From: Bacillota bacterium
GTDB taxonomy: Bacteria; Bacillota; Clostridia; TANB77; CAG-508
DNA: 64,000 nucleotides
Direction: 5' to 3'
Assembly (NCBI GenBank): GCA_963928415.1
Contig: CAWVEX010000045.1
Span: 587-64,586, forward strand
The position numbers were made by a program, and so were the translations under genes. The notes under the pieces are model-generated. The model saw nothing but the letters and a program-made list of their open reading frames with translations. It ran no database searches and was not told the origin of the DNA. This document shows, in pieces, positions 35,962-47,030 of this stretch (position 1 is the first letter of the stretch; every line of letters starts with the position of its first letter).

Positions 35962-36510
35962 ATGGGGTTAGCAGAAATTTTATTAATGAGTGTAGGTTTA
36001 GGAATGGATGCTTTTGCAGTTGCAATATGCAAAGGGCTATCTATGATAAAAATGAAATGGAAAAATGCAATAGTAATAGCATTTTATTTTGGTATATTTC
36101 AAGCATTAATGCCATTTATAGGGTATATATTAGGAAGCACTTTAAGTGATACAATTACTAAAATAGATAATTATATTGCATTTTTTTTAATTAGTGCAAT
36201 AGGAATAAATATGTTAATAGAGGCTTTTAAAAGCGAAGAAGAAGATATAAATGATGATATTGGTGTAAGAACAATGTTAATCTTAGCTATTGCAACAAGC
36301 TTAGATGCTTTGGCAGTAGGGGTAACTTTTGCATTTTTAAAAATAAGCATTGTAAAACCTATAATTTACATTGGAATTATAACTTTTATATTATCTTTAT
36401 TTGGAGTAAAAATAGGAAACATATTTGGCAAAAAGTATAAAAAACATTCACAAATTGCAGGTGGAGTTATATTAATATTAATTGCTATAAAAATTCTTTT
36501 TGAAATTTAA
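35962..36510 (+). CDS. mntP: Manganese efflux pump MntP.
   Basis: Duplicated GMDAFAVA/SLDALAVG motifs; 182 aa with six TMs. Confidence 0.85.
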   Translation: MGLAEILLMSVGLGMDAFAVAICKGLSMIKMKWKNAIVIAFYFGIFQALMPFIGYILGSTLSDTITKIDNYIAFFLISAIGINMLIEAFKSEEEDINDDIGVRTMLILAIATSLDALAVGVTFAFLKISIVKPIIYIGIITFILSLFGVKIGNIFGKKYKKHSQIAGGVILILIAIKILFEI

Positions 36511-36667
36511 TTTAATAAGTTAATAAAATTATTAATCATAAATTGTTTACATAAAAAATATAACTAAAATATAAGTAAAATACTTGAATTAAAATAACCC
36601 TTATTATATATTATAAAAAGTATAAGATAAAAGATTTAAAGTTTAAAAAGATAAAAAGGAAAAATAA

Positions 36668-38341
36668 ATGAGCGAACATATAAAAAGGATAAAAAAAGTT
36701 TTAAAAAACAAAATGAATATCATTTTAAGTATAGTAATAGTAATTTTATCTATTACTATGCTTTTTTACGAAACAAAAAAAGAAGGATTTAATGAAGATG
36801 AAATGTTTTCATATGGATCTTCTAATTACAAATATGATAACTTATATCAACCATATGGAGAAGCGGATGCCATAAATAAAGTAATTTATAAATATATTTT
36901 ACAGGGTAATTGGCTAGCAAATATTGTGTATTGTTTAACTAATTCAAATACTTTTTATTATCTAGTTTATACAGAAACTAATACAGAACCTATATGGAAA
37001 ACAAATGAAGAAGCTATAGAATATTTAACAATACAAGAAGAAGATATATTTGACTTCTTTCCAGTAATACTAAATCAATCAAGAGATGTTCACCCTCCAT
37101 TATTTTACATATTAGTACATATTGTATCATCATTTTTTTTAGGACATTTTTCTAAATATATAATTTTTATAATAAATATATTATTTTATATTTTAACTTG
37201 TATTTATATTTTAAAAATTTTTAAATTATATAAAAAAGAAAAAGAAGGCTTAATTGCTATAATACTATATGGACTAAGCATGGGCGCAATTTCAACAGTA
37301 ATGTTCCAAAGAATGTATATGATGATGACTTTTTTTGTCTTATTATATACATATATCGCTTTGAAAATAACAAGAAAAGGAATTACAAAAAAAGAAATTA
37401 CATATTTAAGCATAGCTACAATTCTAGGATTTTTAACACAATATTATTTTTGCATATTTGCAGGTATTATTTTTATAATATTACTTATACATCTAAAAGG
37501 AAAAAGAAAAACTTGGATTTGGGAGAATATAAAACTTGCAATATTAGGAATTGCCATATTTCCTGCAAGTATATATCATATTTTCTTTTCTTATAGAGGT
37601 CTTACAAATCTTCAAGAAAATTATTTTGAAAGACTTATTTTCTATGTTGAAGAAATGTTTAAAGAATTTAGCTTAAATAGAATAATAGGATATATATTAT
37701 TAGGAATATTTATGATTTTGGCATTTATATTTTTTATAAAAAATATAAAAAATAAAAGAATATCGGAATATTCTATAATAGCCTTTCCAGTTATAATATA
37801 TTATTTAATAATTTCAAAAACTGCACCATATTTAGAACAAAGATACATATTACCAACACTGCCATTAATAGTAATTGGAGTTGTACTAATGTCTTCATAT
37901 TATATAAGCAAACTTAGTAAAAAGCATATAAGATTAGTATTTAGCATTTTAGCAATATTAGTGGCTTTTAGTATTCAAACTTATGGAATTATAAAAAATG
38001 AGCCAGATTATTTATATAAAGGATATAATGAGTATATCAATTTAGCAAAAAAATATGAGGATTATCAATTTGTATATGTAGGAATAAATAATTATAATCA
38101 TATAAAAAATATGCTTGAATTTACTATATACAAAGAATCTTTAATATTAAATGAAAATCAAATAGAAATTTTAAAAGAAAGGAATATAGAGGATAAATTC
38201 ATATTAGGAATAAAACTTTATTTAGATACTGATAAAGTTTTAAATGAAGTTTTAAAATATACTAATTCTAATAATTATGAACTTGTTTTAGAAGGAAGAG
38301 CCATTGGATTTGAAGCAAATTATTATTTAATAACTAAATAA
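36668..38341 (+). CDS. GT-C family glycosyltransferase (GT39/ArnT/PMT-like).
   Basis: 557 aa polytopic protein with a DVHPPLFY-type motif. Confidence 0.65.
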   Translation: MSEHIKRIKKVLKNKMNIILSIVIVILSITMLFYETKKEGFNEDEMFSYGSSNYKYDNLYQPYGEADAINKVIYKYILQGNWLANIVYCLTNSNTFYYLVYTETNTEPIWKTNEEAIEYLTIQEEDIFDFFPVILNQSRDVHPPLFYILVHIVSSFFLGHFSKYIIFIINILFYILTCIYILKIFKLYKKEKEGLIAIILYGLSMGAISTVMFQRMYMMMTFFVLLYTYIALKITRKGITKKEITYLSIATILGFLTQYYFCIFAGIIFIILLIHLKGKRKTWIWENIKLAILGIAIFPASIYHIFFSYRGLTNLQENYFERLIFYVEEMFKEFSLNRIIGYILLGIFMILAFIFFIKNIKNKRISEYSIIAFPVIIYYLIISKTAPYLEQRYILPTLPLIVIGVVLMSSYYISKLSKKHIRLVFSILAILVAFSIQTYGIIKNEPDYLYKGYNEYINLAKKYEDYQFVYVGINNYNHIKNMLEFTIYKESLILNENQIEILKERNIEDKFILGIKLYLDTDKVLNEVLKYTNSNNYELVLEGRAIGFEANYYLITK

Positions 38342-38438
38342 AAAATATTATATATTTATATTACGAACTGTATACATTTTTATTACAGCAATTGACAAAA
38401 ATCGACTTTAATATTACAATAATATTAGGGTGAAGATT

Positions 38439-39665
38439 ATGGTAAGAAAGTCAAAAATGTGGATATATATATTAGTATCAATAATAGCCATAGCATTAGT
38501 TATAGCTATTATTTTTGGTATATATATAACAAAAAATATTTCCTATGCATCAGAATCACAAAATAAAACTGTTGCAGTAGAAATACCAATAGCGCCACAA
38601 GATAAAAGTAAGAAAATAAATATAGAAGAAATAGTAGCAAATAATACAAAAGTTCAAAAACTTGAGGTACTAGAAGAGCAAGAAATAGATGTGGAATTTA
38701 CTACTCAATATATTGAAAATAGTTCTCTTGCAAAAGGAAAAATTCAAGTTCTTCAAGAAGGTATAGATGGAAAGCAAAATGCAGTATTAAAAAATATTTA
38801 TGAAGGTGATAAACTAATATCTTCAACTCAAGTTTCTTCAAGAATAACAAAAGCATCGATAGATAAAATAGTACAAGTAGGAACTGCTGCCTTTTCAAAC
38901 AATTATGTTCCAGTAGTAGGAGACGAACTTAAAGCAACATCAATAACTCTTGCAATCAGATTAAATCCAGATGAAAATTCAGAAAAAGTAGTTACAATAA
39001 ACAAGGGCGATAAAGTAATATTAAAAGCAAAACAAGGTGATTGGTACTATGTGTCATATGATAACTATTTGGGCTGGGCAAAATCAGATAGCTTAGAATA
39101 TGTAGCCCCAAATGGCACAGGTGACGGAGACGAAAACAATATTCAATATACAAAGGAACAATTGACTCAAGACCTAGGATTTAGCATGCTTTTAAATAAG
39201 CCAAGTGGACTTACTCTAGACCAGTTTAAACAAATCTTAGAAAATGACTCAAATGATAAAAATAATGTATTTAAAGATAATGCACAATATTTCTATTATG
39301 TAGAACAACAGTATAATATAAATGGAATATTTGTTGCAGCAGTAGCAATACACGAAAGTGGATGGGGAACATCAGCTATATCTAAAAATAAAAAGAACTT
39401 ATTTGGATATGGAGCATATGATAGGGACCCATCAGGAAGTGCATATACATTCCAATCATATGCAGAAGGAATAGACCTAGTATCTAGAGTATTTGTAAAA
39501 TATTACTTAAATCCACCAGGAACACCTATATATGGAGGTGAAACTGCGACAGGTACATATTTCGAAGGAGCAACTTTAACTGCGGTAAATACAAGATATG
39601 CAAGTGATAAAAACTGGGCAAATGCAGTATTTAAATGGATGACTTATTTATATAATAAATTGTAA
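38439..39665 (+). CDS. Cell-wall hydrolase: G5 domain, SH3b domain and a GH73 N-acetylglucosaminidase domain.
   Basis: The glucosaminidase motif (AIHESGWGTS...NLFGYGAYD) is present. The start codon is uncertain (GTG at 38430 or ATG at 38439). Confidence 0.8.
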   Translation: MVRKSKMWIYILVSIIAIALVIAIIFGIYITKNISYASESQNKTVAVEIPIAPQDKSKKINIEEIVANNTKVQKLEVLEEQEIDVEFTTQYIENSSLAKGKIQVLQEGIDGKQNAVLKNIYEGDKLISSTQVSSRITKASIDKIVQVGTAAFSNNYVPVVGDELKATSITLAIRLNPDENSEKVVTINKGDKVILKAKQGDWYYVSYDNYLGWAKSDSLEYVAPNGTGDGDENNIQYTKEQLTQDLGFSMLLNKPSGLTLDQFKQILENDSNDKNNVFKDNAQYFYYVEQQYNINGIFVAAVAIHESGWGTSAISKNKKNLFGYGAYDRDPSGSAYTFQSYAEGIDLVSRVFVKYYLNPPGTPIYGGETATGTYFEGATLTAVNTRYASDKNWANAVFKWMTYLYNKL

Positions 39666-39831
39666 TAAATAATTGTAAGTTTTAAATAAAAATGCAATTA
39701 TTTATTACAAAATTTGCTTGCTATTTTAATAATATTAGTGTATTATTAATATATGTAAAAAAGTAGAAAACATTGGATGAATTAAATAGTTAATTATAAA
39801 AATAAAAAGTAAGAAGGAAGGGAGCAAATTC

Positions 39832-40242
39832 ATGAGAAAAATACTTATAGTTTTTGCAATCATAATAAGCATAATGTGTATAAATTGTGTATATGCTGCA
39901 AATACTAACAATAGTGGAGAAATAATTTCAGAAGAAACAAAAAGCCAATTAGTAGAAATAAAAGATAAAGAACTAAAATCTATAGAAGACTATAATGAGG
40001 CTTATGGTAGTAGTACATATGGAATAGTTGCATACATACTAGATAAAGTTAGAGTTTATAGTATTCCAGTAGCATTTTTAGGAATTGCAATAGCAGCTAT
40101 ATACCAATATGTTATAGGTATTAGAAAACTAGATGTAAGAGATAAAGGCTTTGGAGCGATGATTGGCATAGTAACTATGCTTATTATATGCCAAGTATTG
40201 CCACTTATTTTTGCTATAGTAGTAAAAGGTTGGAGGGGTTAA
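39832..40242 (+). CDS. Small secreted protein with a cleavable signal peptide and two C-terminal TM segments (VirB2/TrbC-pilin-like topology).
   Basis: Signal peptide MRKILIVFAIIISIMCINCVYA|AN, followed by two hydrophobic helices separated by RKLDVRDKGFG. It lies 4 bp upstream of the next gene. Confidence 0.4.
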   Translation: MRKILIVFAIIISIMCINCVYAANTNNSGEIISEETKSQLVEIKDKELKSIEDYNEAYGSSTYGIVAYILDKVRVYSIPVAFLGIAIAAIYQYVIGIRKLDVRDKGFGAMIGIVTMLIICQVLPLIFAIVVKGWRG

Positions 40243-40245
40243 CAA

Positions 40246-42813
40246 ATGAAAGTTTTATTTGCAGTAAGTAATGATAATGTATCATCATCTATAATCAAGA
40301 AATATCAAGAAAAATTTAAAGAGATTATAACAAGTAAAAATGTGTATTACTTTAATGCAATAATAAAAGAATTACAAAAAGATAAAACATATGATGCAGT
40401 TGTTATTGGCGAAGATTTAGAGCCAATATCTAATAATAATTATGATACAATTGATAAATTTATATTTGATAAATTAGATAATATAAGTGATGAAGCATAT
40501 AAGGCTACAGGTGAAGATATTCCTATCATTTTAATTTGTTCAGACAGAAGAACAAAATCTGATGAACTATTAATTAAATTATTTGGAATTGGAATTTATA
40601 ATGCTTTATTAGGTAATGACAGAAACATAGATATGGTTTGTAATTTGATAAATAAGCCTAGAAGTAAAAAAGAAGCAAAAGCTTATTACAGAGTTGATTC
40701 AGAAGATGTTAATTATAAGCCTGAAAATGAATCTGAGGTTAGTGAAACTGAAATAAAAAACATATTAAATCATTATAAAAAAATAGGTAATAATGAGAAA
40801 AAATGTGTAGAAAGTTTCGATAGTATTGCAAGTCAATACAATGATACTCAATTAAGAATAATAATAAAATTTTTACCTAATAGTGTTAAAGCAATACTTG
40901 AAAAAAAATCAGTAAGATATCAAAAACTTGTTACTGGTGGAACTGTTTTAACAAATGGTAAATATACACCATACAGTCCAATGCAAAACGGAGTAAAAAA
41001 GCAGGATACTGAATTCTTAACTAAAGATATTGAAAAGCCAAACTTAACAAAGCCTGTAATTATTCCATCAACTATGAATATAAATGTACCAAATATGAAA
41101 GCAGCAACAAATGTATCTCAAAATGCACCACAAAATAATATTGTTAATCAAGTACAAAATTCAGTTGAAGAACAACAAGAACCAGTTCAAGTAAAAAGAA
41201 GAGGAAGACCAAGAAAAATAAATGTAGGGTCAAATTCTAATGAAAATAATATAGTTGAAACCAATCCAATATTTAATCAAGATCAAATTAGCTTGCAAGA
41301 AAGTCTAGCTAATGCTAATAACCAAACAATGGCAAATATAAATCAATTACAAGAAAATAATACAAATATGCAAGCACCAGAAGTAGTACCAGTTAAAAGA
41401 GGTAGAGGTAGACCTAAAAAGGCAAGTAATGTTGGTGAAGATTTAGAAAAAAATAATACAGCTTTATTGAAAAATAATAATACAGCATTAGCAAATCAAA
41501 ATTCTTTAAATTTATTTGAACTAGCAAATGACCAAAGCAATATTCAAGATGCTAATATAACTACAGGTCTAAATCAAAATAATAATTTAATAGATAGCAA
41601 TATGGATATTAATAATGCTCAAAATAATATTGACTCTAGCGTAAGCGATAGCATAAATTTATTTGATATGGCAGATGACAATACTCAATATGCCCAAAAT
41701 TCAAATCCATATGATGCGGTAAATAATAATATAAATCCTTATGATATTGCAAGTTCATTTAATGACAATTCTTATAATACAAATATTAATCATAATCAAT
41801 ATGATTCAAATCCATATGATTTAAGTAATAATAATTTTGATAATATAGGAACAACACAAGAAATATCGAGAATTGGTAAGGAAAATAATATAGTTCCAAG
41901 TAATTTTGTAGCTCAAAATAAAATAGTAGCTTTTGTTGGGACCAGTAAAAATGGTACTTCATTTATAGTAAACAACCTTGCTGAATTATTAGCTCAAAAA
42001 GGCATAAAAACAGCAATATTAGATTTGACAAAAAATAAAAACTCATATTATATGTTTACAGATAATGATCAAAGATTAATGCAAATAGCAACACAAAGCA
42101 TAAAAAATCTTGAAAGAGGTATTGCACAAGGTGTAGAAGTTAATAAAAATCTAACTGTCTATACTGCATTACCTGACGAATTAGAAGAACCAGAAAATTT
42201 TGAAGCTATATTGCAGACATTAGATAATAATTATTCTGCAATATTAATGGATTGTGATTTTGAAACTAATATTAATTACTTTATAAAGTCAACAGAAATA
42301 TATTTAGTTCAATCCATGGATGCACTTACAATACAGCCATTAACTCAATTTTTAAGTGAATTAAAATTAAAAAATGCTTTGGATGAAACAAAATTAAGAG
42401 TAATTATAAATAAAGAAATGAAGATGAAAATATTAAATGACAAAATGATTTTAGGTGGTATGGCTAAATATAATGAACCATCAATGACTCTTCAAAGGGA
42501 TTTATTTAATCCAGCAACTATTAGATATGTTACAATACCTTTTGAAATGCAAACATATGCAAGATACTTAGAAGCAATAGCACTTTGTCAAATTTCTCTA
42601 AGTGGATATTCGGAGGCATTTTTATCAAGCCTAGAAAAATTAGCTAATATGGTTTATCCATTAGTATCTGGAGGCAATTATACAAATTATTCTCCAAATT
42701 ACAAAAAAGCTGAAAAAAGAGGATTCTTTAAGGGAAGAAATAAAAATCAACCACCAACACAATTTTCTTCAGGAGTTAATGACACATTAAATAAAATGAG
42801 AACGAACTATTAA
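40246..42813 (+). CDS. TadZ/CpaE-like protein: an N-terminal receiver-like domain, an Asn/Gln-rich linker with two AT-hooks, and a C-terminal MinD/ParA-like domain with a deviant P-loop.
   Basis: A REC-like fold (KVLFAVSND...YDAVVIGEDL...IPIILICS), two AT-hooks (RRGRPRK and RGRGRPKK), and a MinD-like C-terminus (KIVAFVGTSKNGTS...ILMDCD). Confidence 0.5.
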   Translation: MKVLFAVSNDNVSSSIIKKYQEKFKEIITSKNVYYFNAIIKELQKDKTYDAVVIGEDLEPISNNNYDTIDKFIFDKLDNISDEAYKATGEDIPIILICSDRRTKSDELLIKLFGIGIYNALLGNDRNIDMVCNLINKPRSKKEAKAYYRVDSEDVNYKPENESEVSETEIKNILNHYKKIGNNEKKCVESFDSIASQYNDTQLRIIIKFLPNSVKAILEKKSVRYQKLVTGGTVLTNGKYTPYSPMQNGVKKQDTEFLTKDIEKPNLTKPVIIPSTMNINVPNMKAATNVSQNAPQNNIVNQVQNSVEEQQEPVQVKRRGRPRKINVGSNSNENNIVETNPIFNQDQISLQESLANANNQTMANINQLQENNTNMQAPEVVPVKRGRGRPKKASNVGEDLEKNNTALLKNNNTALANQNSLNLFELANDQSNIQDANITTGLNQNNNLIDSNMDINNAQNNIDSSVSDSINLFDMADDNTQYAQNSNPYDAVNNNINPYDIASSFNDNSYNTNINHNQYDSNPYDLSNNNFDNIGTTQEISRIGKENNIVPSNFVAQNKIVAFVGTSKNGTSFIVNNLAELLAQKGIKTAILDLTKNKNSYYMFTDNDQRLMQIATQSIKNLERGIAQGVEVNKNLTVYTALPDELEEPENFEAILQTLDNNYSAILMDCDFETNINYFIKSTEIYLVQSMDALTIQPLTQFLSELKLKNALDETKLRVIINKEMKMKILNDKMILGGMAKYNEPSMTLQRDLFNPATIRYVTIPFEMQTYARYLEAIALCQISLSGYSEAFLSSLEKLANMVYPLVSGGNYTNYSPNYKKAEKRGFFKGRNKNQPPTQFSSGVNDTLNKMRTNY

Positions 42814-42896
42814 TTTAAAAAATAATAGTTGCAACAAATGTCATCAATATGATATTCTAAAATGCAACAAAAGAATAAGTTAAAGAGGTGATATAG

Positions 42897-43988
42897 GTGA
42901 TAATAGCTGTAATAGCAATATTAGTTATTATTGTTTTAACATTAATTATATACAACTATTCAGTACACAAAAAAATAGAGACATATAGTAATTTAAATCA
43001 AAGAATAACTAGTTTAAATGTTTTACAAGAATTTATGAAAACACTTGGTGAAACATCAAGCATACAGGAAAAACTTGAAAATATAAATGACATTTTAATA
43101 AGTAAATATTCAATTAAGTATTCAACAATAGTAGTTTTTGATGGTGCTGAATATGTTGTAAAAGCCTCTAATGTTGATAAAAAACACTGGGATGCATTAA
43201 AAAATTTGCAGAATGATCCAGTGTTTGGAGATAGTATAAAAACAGCAACACCTAAATATGTTACAGTAGAAAATGAAAATGAAAAATTACCATATCAAAA
43301 AATGGAATTTGGTAGAGCAAAATGTGCAATGTTTTTCCCTTTATATGTAGACAATGTATATATTGGATATTGGATAATAGAAGGAAGTCAACCACACGAG
43401 TTTGACCATATAGATACAACAATATTAGAAGTAGTTAGAAACAATATTGTAACTATTTTAAAAACAGTTGAAAATCAAGCAACTATTGAAAATATAGTGC
43501 GTGATGATTTATATTCAGGATTAAAATCTGCTGAATATTTATATGGTGAAGGCAAAAAAATAATAGATAAATATACAACATCAGCTATATGTCTTTTCAA
43601 AATAGTTAATCTTCCGGATATAAATACACAAATAAGTAGAAAAACTGGAGATGTTACTATTACAGAAGTATCTAATTTTGTAAAAAAGAATTTAGCTCAG
43701 GAATATGTATTTGTAAGATATATGGGACCTAAATTTGCAATTGTTTTTTCAGGTGCAGATAAAGATGGAGTATATAATTTTATGACTGATTTAAAAAGCA
43801 AAATAGAAACTTTAGATATTATGGCTCAACCTGATTATATCCATAGTGATGAAGAAGATGTAATTGTCAGTCCAAAAATAAGAGTAGTGATATCTACATA
43901 TTATAAGGGAACAGCTTTAGATGGAGCTTTCAAAAAATTAGAAGAGTACATAGATTCATCAAATGAAAATACAGTGCAAGAGATATAA
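42897..43988 (+). CDS. Membrane-anchored protein with a degenerate GGDEF domain (probably an inactive cyclase and possible c-di-GMP effector).
   Basis: Colinear with GGDEF (DDLYSGLKSAEY ... RYMGPKFAIVF in place of RYGGEEF). GTG start with an RBS GAGGTGA. Confidence 0.55.
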   Translation: MIIAVIAILVIIVLTLIIYNYSVHKKIETYSNLNQRITSLNVLQEFMKTLGETSSIQEKLENINDILISKYSIKYSTIVVFDGAEYVVKASNVDKKHWDALKNLQNDPVFGDSIKTATPKYVTVENENEKLPYQKMEFGRAKCAMFFPLYVDNVYIGYWIIEGSQPHEFDHIDTTILEVVRNNIVTILKTVENQATIENIVRDDLYSGLKSAEYLYGEGKKIIDKYTTSAICLFKIVNLPDINTQISRKTGDVTITEVSNFVKKNLAQEYVFVRYMGPKFAIVFSGADKDGVYNFMTDLKSKIETLDIMAQPDYIHSDEEDVIVSPKIRVVISTYYKGTALDGAFKKLEEYIDSSNENTVQEI

Positions 43989-44027
43989 AATATAAAAATA
44001 CACATTTGCAAGGAGGAAAAAACTAAT

Positions 44028-44276
44028 ATGAATATGGATGAAACAATGAGATTTGACGTAGAAAAAGAGCAAAATGCAAGAACTAAAGAAATATTAAAAG
44101 AAGTTTATGATGCTTTAGAAGAAAAAGGATATAATCCAATTAATCAAATCGTTGGTTATATTTTATCTGGAGATCCAACATATATTACAAGTCATAAAGG
44201 TGCTAGAAATCTTATTAGACAAGTAGAAAGAGATGAACTTCTTGAAAAAATGGTTAAAGAATATATAGATAAATAA
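44028..44276 (+). CDS. IreB-family regulatory phosphoprotein (UPF0297).
   Basis: [39 protein letters not shown] matches the family. Confidence 0.6.
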   Translation: MNMDETMRFDVEKEQNARTKEILKEVYDALEEKGYNPINQIVGYILSGDPTYITSHKGARNLIRQVERDELLEKMVKEYIDK

Positions 44277-44358
44277 TAAAAAACATCTTATTCAGTAATG
44301 AATAAGATGTTTAAAATATGTTTATAAATAAATAATAAAATTATGATAAGGAAAATAT

Positions 44359-44775
44359 ATGAGTAGAATTTTAGGAATTGATTATGGATTAACTAGAACA
44401 GGAATTGCAATTACAGATGAATTAGGTATAACAGCACAAGGATTAGAAACAATAACATCTAATGGAAATGATAAGATTATCTTAAAAAGATTAGCAGAGA
44501 TTGTAGAAAAGTATAATATAGAAACATTTGTAATAGGTAATCCACTTAATATGGATGGAACTAAAAGTCAAAGGTCTATTGAAACAGATGGATTTATACA
44601 TAAATTAAAATCTAGATTTAATAAAATAAATATTGTATCAGTAGATGAAAGACTTACTACAGTTGAAGCACATAAAACAATGAATGTTTTAAATATTAAT
44701 AATAAAAAGAAAAAACAAATAGTAGATACAATTGCAGCTGTATACATTTTGGAAAGCTATATTAATAGAAAGTAA
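44359..44775 (+). CDS. ruvX: Putative pre-16S rRNA nuclease / Holliday-junction-resolvase-like YqgF.
   Basis: MSRILGIDYGLTRTGIAITD...; 138 aa. Confidence 0.9.
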   Translation: MSRILGIDYGLTRTGIAITDELGITAQGLETITSNGNDKIILKRLAEIVEKYNIETFVIGNPLNMDGTKSQRSIETDGFIHKLKSRFNKINIVSVDERLTTVEAHKTMNVLNINNKKKKQIVDTIAAVYILESYINRK

Positions 44776-44885
44776 TATTTTTAATAGAGTCTAATTAATT
44801 GACATAAAAAGCTTGATTTTATGCTTAAAATGTTGTAAAATAAAGTATATGTTTATGAATAAATTATATTTAAGGGGGAATAATA

Positions 44886-45452
44886 ATGGCAACAGTATAT
44901 TCAGCAGGAGATTTTAGAAATGGAACAACATTCGAAATGGATGGAAATGTTTATAGAGTAGTAGAATTTCAACACGTAAAACCAGGAAAGGGTTCAGCAT
45001 TTGTTAGAACAAAAATTAAGAATGTTATAACTGGTAGTGTTTTAGAAAAAACATTTAACCCATCAGAAAAATTTCCAGCAGCAGAAATTGAAAAGAAAGA
45101 AATGCAATATTTATATGAAGATGGTGGATTATATTACTTTATGGACAATGAAACATATGAACAAATTCCTTTAAACAAGGAACAATTAGGTGATAGCTTA
45201 AAATTTTTAAAAGAAAATATGAATGTAAAAGTATTATCATATAAAGGAAAAGTATTTTCAATAGAACCACCTATATTTGTTGAGTTAGAAGTTAAATATA
45301 CAGAACCAGGCTTCTCAGGAAATACTGCAACAACATCAGGAAAACCTGCAACTCTAGAAAACGGATATGAACTAACAGTTCCAATGTTTGTTAATATTGG
45401 AGATATGATTAGAGTTGACACAAGAACTGGTGAATATATGGAAAGAATTTAG
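44886..45452 (+). CDS. efp: Elongation factor P.
   Basis: EF-P similarity including the [12 protein letters not shown] loop. Confidence 0.95.
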   Translation: MATVYSAGDFRNGTTFEMDGNVYRVVEFQHVKPGKGSAFVRTKIKNVITGSVLEKTFNPSEKFPAAEIEKKEMQYLYEDGGLYYFMDNETYEQIPLNKEQLGDSLKFLKENMNVKVLSYKGKVFSIEPPIFVELEVKYTEPGFSGNTATTSGKPATLENGYELTVPMFVNIGDMIRVDTRTGEYMERI

Positions 45453-45499
45453 TTCTATAAAATTAAAACTTATTGTAATAATTTTTGAAAGGAGATTCT

Positions 45500-46243
45500 A
45501 TGGTAGATCCTAAAAGTACATTTTCAAAAATATTATCTGATTTAGAAAGAGAAATAAAAGATAAACATGATTTGGAAATTGCAAAAAATAAGTTACTTGA
45601 AGCAAGTATGATGTTTATAGATATTACTAATAGAGTAGCTCAAAGCAATAGTCAATATGATATTTTATCTAATAAAATAGATGCAATGCAAAAATCTTTA
45701 AGAAAGATAGAAGAAGATATATACATTGATGAAAATGAGGATAATGAAGAATCAGAATATAATTTGGGAGACCAAATGCATGATAACGATATTAATGAAG
45801 ATGAATTCGAATTTGAAATAAAATGCCCATATTGTAATTATGAATTTGTTGTAGGTCAAGATGCGGATTTAAAGGAAGAAATAGAATGTCCAAAATGTCA
45901 TAAAGAAATAGAACTTGATTGGGATGATTATTGCGATGGTGAATGTGAACACTGCAAAAGTATTTGCTATGATGGAGATTTAGAAAAGGATCTAAATAAT
46001 GAACAAAATAAATCTTTAGAAGATATAAAAAATCTTTCGGAAGAATTACTATCTAATTCAATTAAAGAAGATGAAGAAAAATATAATGCAAATGAGAATA
46101 TATCTAATAATAATTCTCAAAACAAAGATAGTAATGCAAAAAATAATAATTCTAATTTAAATCATAAAAAGATAGATGAACCAAATAGCATTAATCAAAA
46201 TGGTTCAAATAATCAAGTAAACGAAAATGAAGATGATATGTAG
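45500..46243 (+). CDS. Zinc-ribbon-containing acidic hypothetical protein.
   Basis: Cys motifs CPYC...CPKC...CEHC. An RBS AAAGGAG lies 7 nt before the ATG at 45500. Confidence 0.5.
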   Translation: MVDPKSTFSKILSDLEREIKDKHDLEIAKNKLLEASMMFIDITNRVAQSNSQYDILSNKIDAMQKSLRKIEEDIYIDENEDNEESEYNLGDQMHDNDINEDEFEFEIKCPYCNYEFVVGQDADLKEEIECPKCHKEIELDWDDYCDGECEHCKSICYDGDLEKDLNNEQNKSLEDIKNLSEELLSNSIKEDEEKYNANENISNNNSQNKDSNAKNNNSNLNHKKIDEPNSINQNGSNNQVNENEDDM

Positions 46244-46323
46244 AATAAAAACATATTATTAGTAAAAAGCTAATAGTATGTTTTTTATTTTGCTAAAAGA
46301 AATCTAAAGGATTAACTGCTTTA

Positions 46324-46884
46324 TCATTTACTTTTATTGTTAAATGTAAATGAGAGCCAGTAGTAGCTCCGGTTGGTTGGGTTACCATTACTATCTTTGT
46401 ATGGGTTATTAGTTATTCCATAAACATTTTTAGGACCAACATATGCAATAAGCTCACCTTTTCTAACATAGTCATTCCTTTTTACAATATAATTAGGAGA
46501 TAAATGGCAATATGAAACAGAGGTGTTAGGGTACTTATCTAATTTTAAAACAATAGTATATCCACCACCAGCTCCCCAACTAGCAAAAGTAATAGTTCCA
46601 CTTTCTACTGCATAAAGATTAGAACCATTTGATGCAGGAATATCTATTCCAGAATGATAACTAGAAGCACCACTTGTTGGAGACTTTCTTTTTCCAAAGT
46701 AAGAAGAAATATATGTATATCCAGGAAGTGGCCAAAAAAAGCCATCACCAGATAAAAGAATTTGCTCATAGTATTCATCAGTATATACATAGTAATTAGA
46801 ATAAATAATTGGAATAAATAAAGAACAAATAATGAATATAAAAATTATTAAAAAAAAGAAACACTTATAAAAGTATTTAATCAT
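46324..46884 (-). CDS. M23-family peptidase with an N-terminal TM.
   Basis: YHSGIDI ... SYCHLS motifs. The track start at 46989 overlaps the tRNA; the start at MIKYFYK has an RBS. Confidence 0.7.
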   Translation of the reverse strand: MIKYFYKCFFFLIIFIFIICSLFIPIIYSNYYVYTDEYYEQILLSGDGFFWPLPGYTYISSYFGKRKSPTSGASSYHSGIDIPASNGSNLYAVESGTITFASWGAGGGYTIVLKLDKYPNTSVSYCHLSPNYIVKRNDYVRKGELIAYVGPKNVYGITNNPYKDSNGNPTNRSYYWLSFTFNNKSK

Positions 46885-46955
46885 AAAATCCTTTCTAAGT
46901 GCTTCCCCAAAAAAAGAAAAAAACAAATGAAATTTAGCTTTTGTAAAAAAGCTTG

Positions 46956-47030
46956 TGGCAGGGGTAGAAGGATTCGAACCCTCACGCACGGTTTTGGAGA
47001 CCGGAATGCTACCATTAACATCATACCCCT
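46956..47030 (-). tRNA. trnW: tRNA-Trp (anticodon CCA).
   Basis: 75 nt cloverleaf: acceptor AGGGGTA/TACCCCT, anticodon loop CTCCAAA, T-arm GGTTCGAATCC, and an encoded CCA end. Confidence 0.85.

Noticed and set aside
40900-41900. Asn/Gln-rich low-complexity region in the 855 aa protein, considered as a possible non-coding or repeat insertion
   Set aside because: The reading frame is continuous with RBS-supported flanking domains. Each of the two AT-hook motifs lies within a slightly longer periodic repeat (K/V-KR[R/G]RGRP[R/K]K at ~41194 and ~41395), suggesting a genuine disordered linker.
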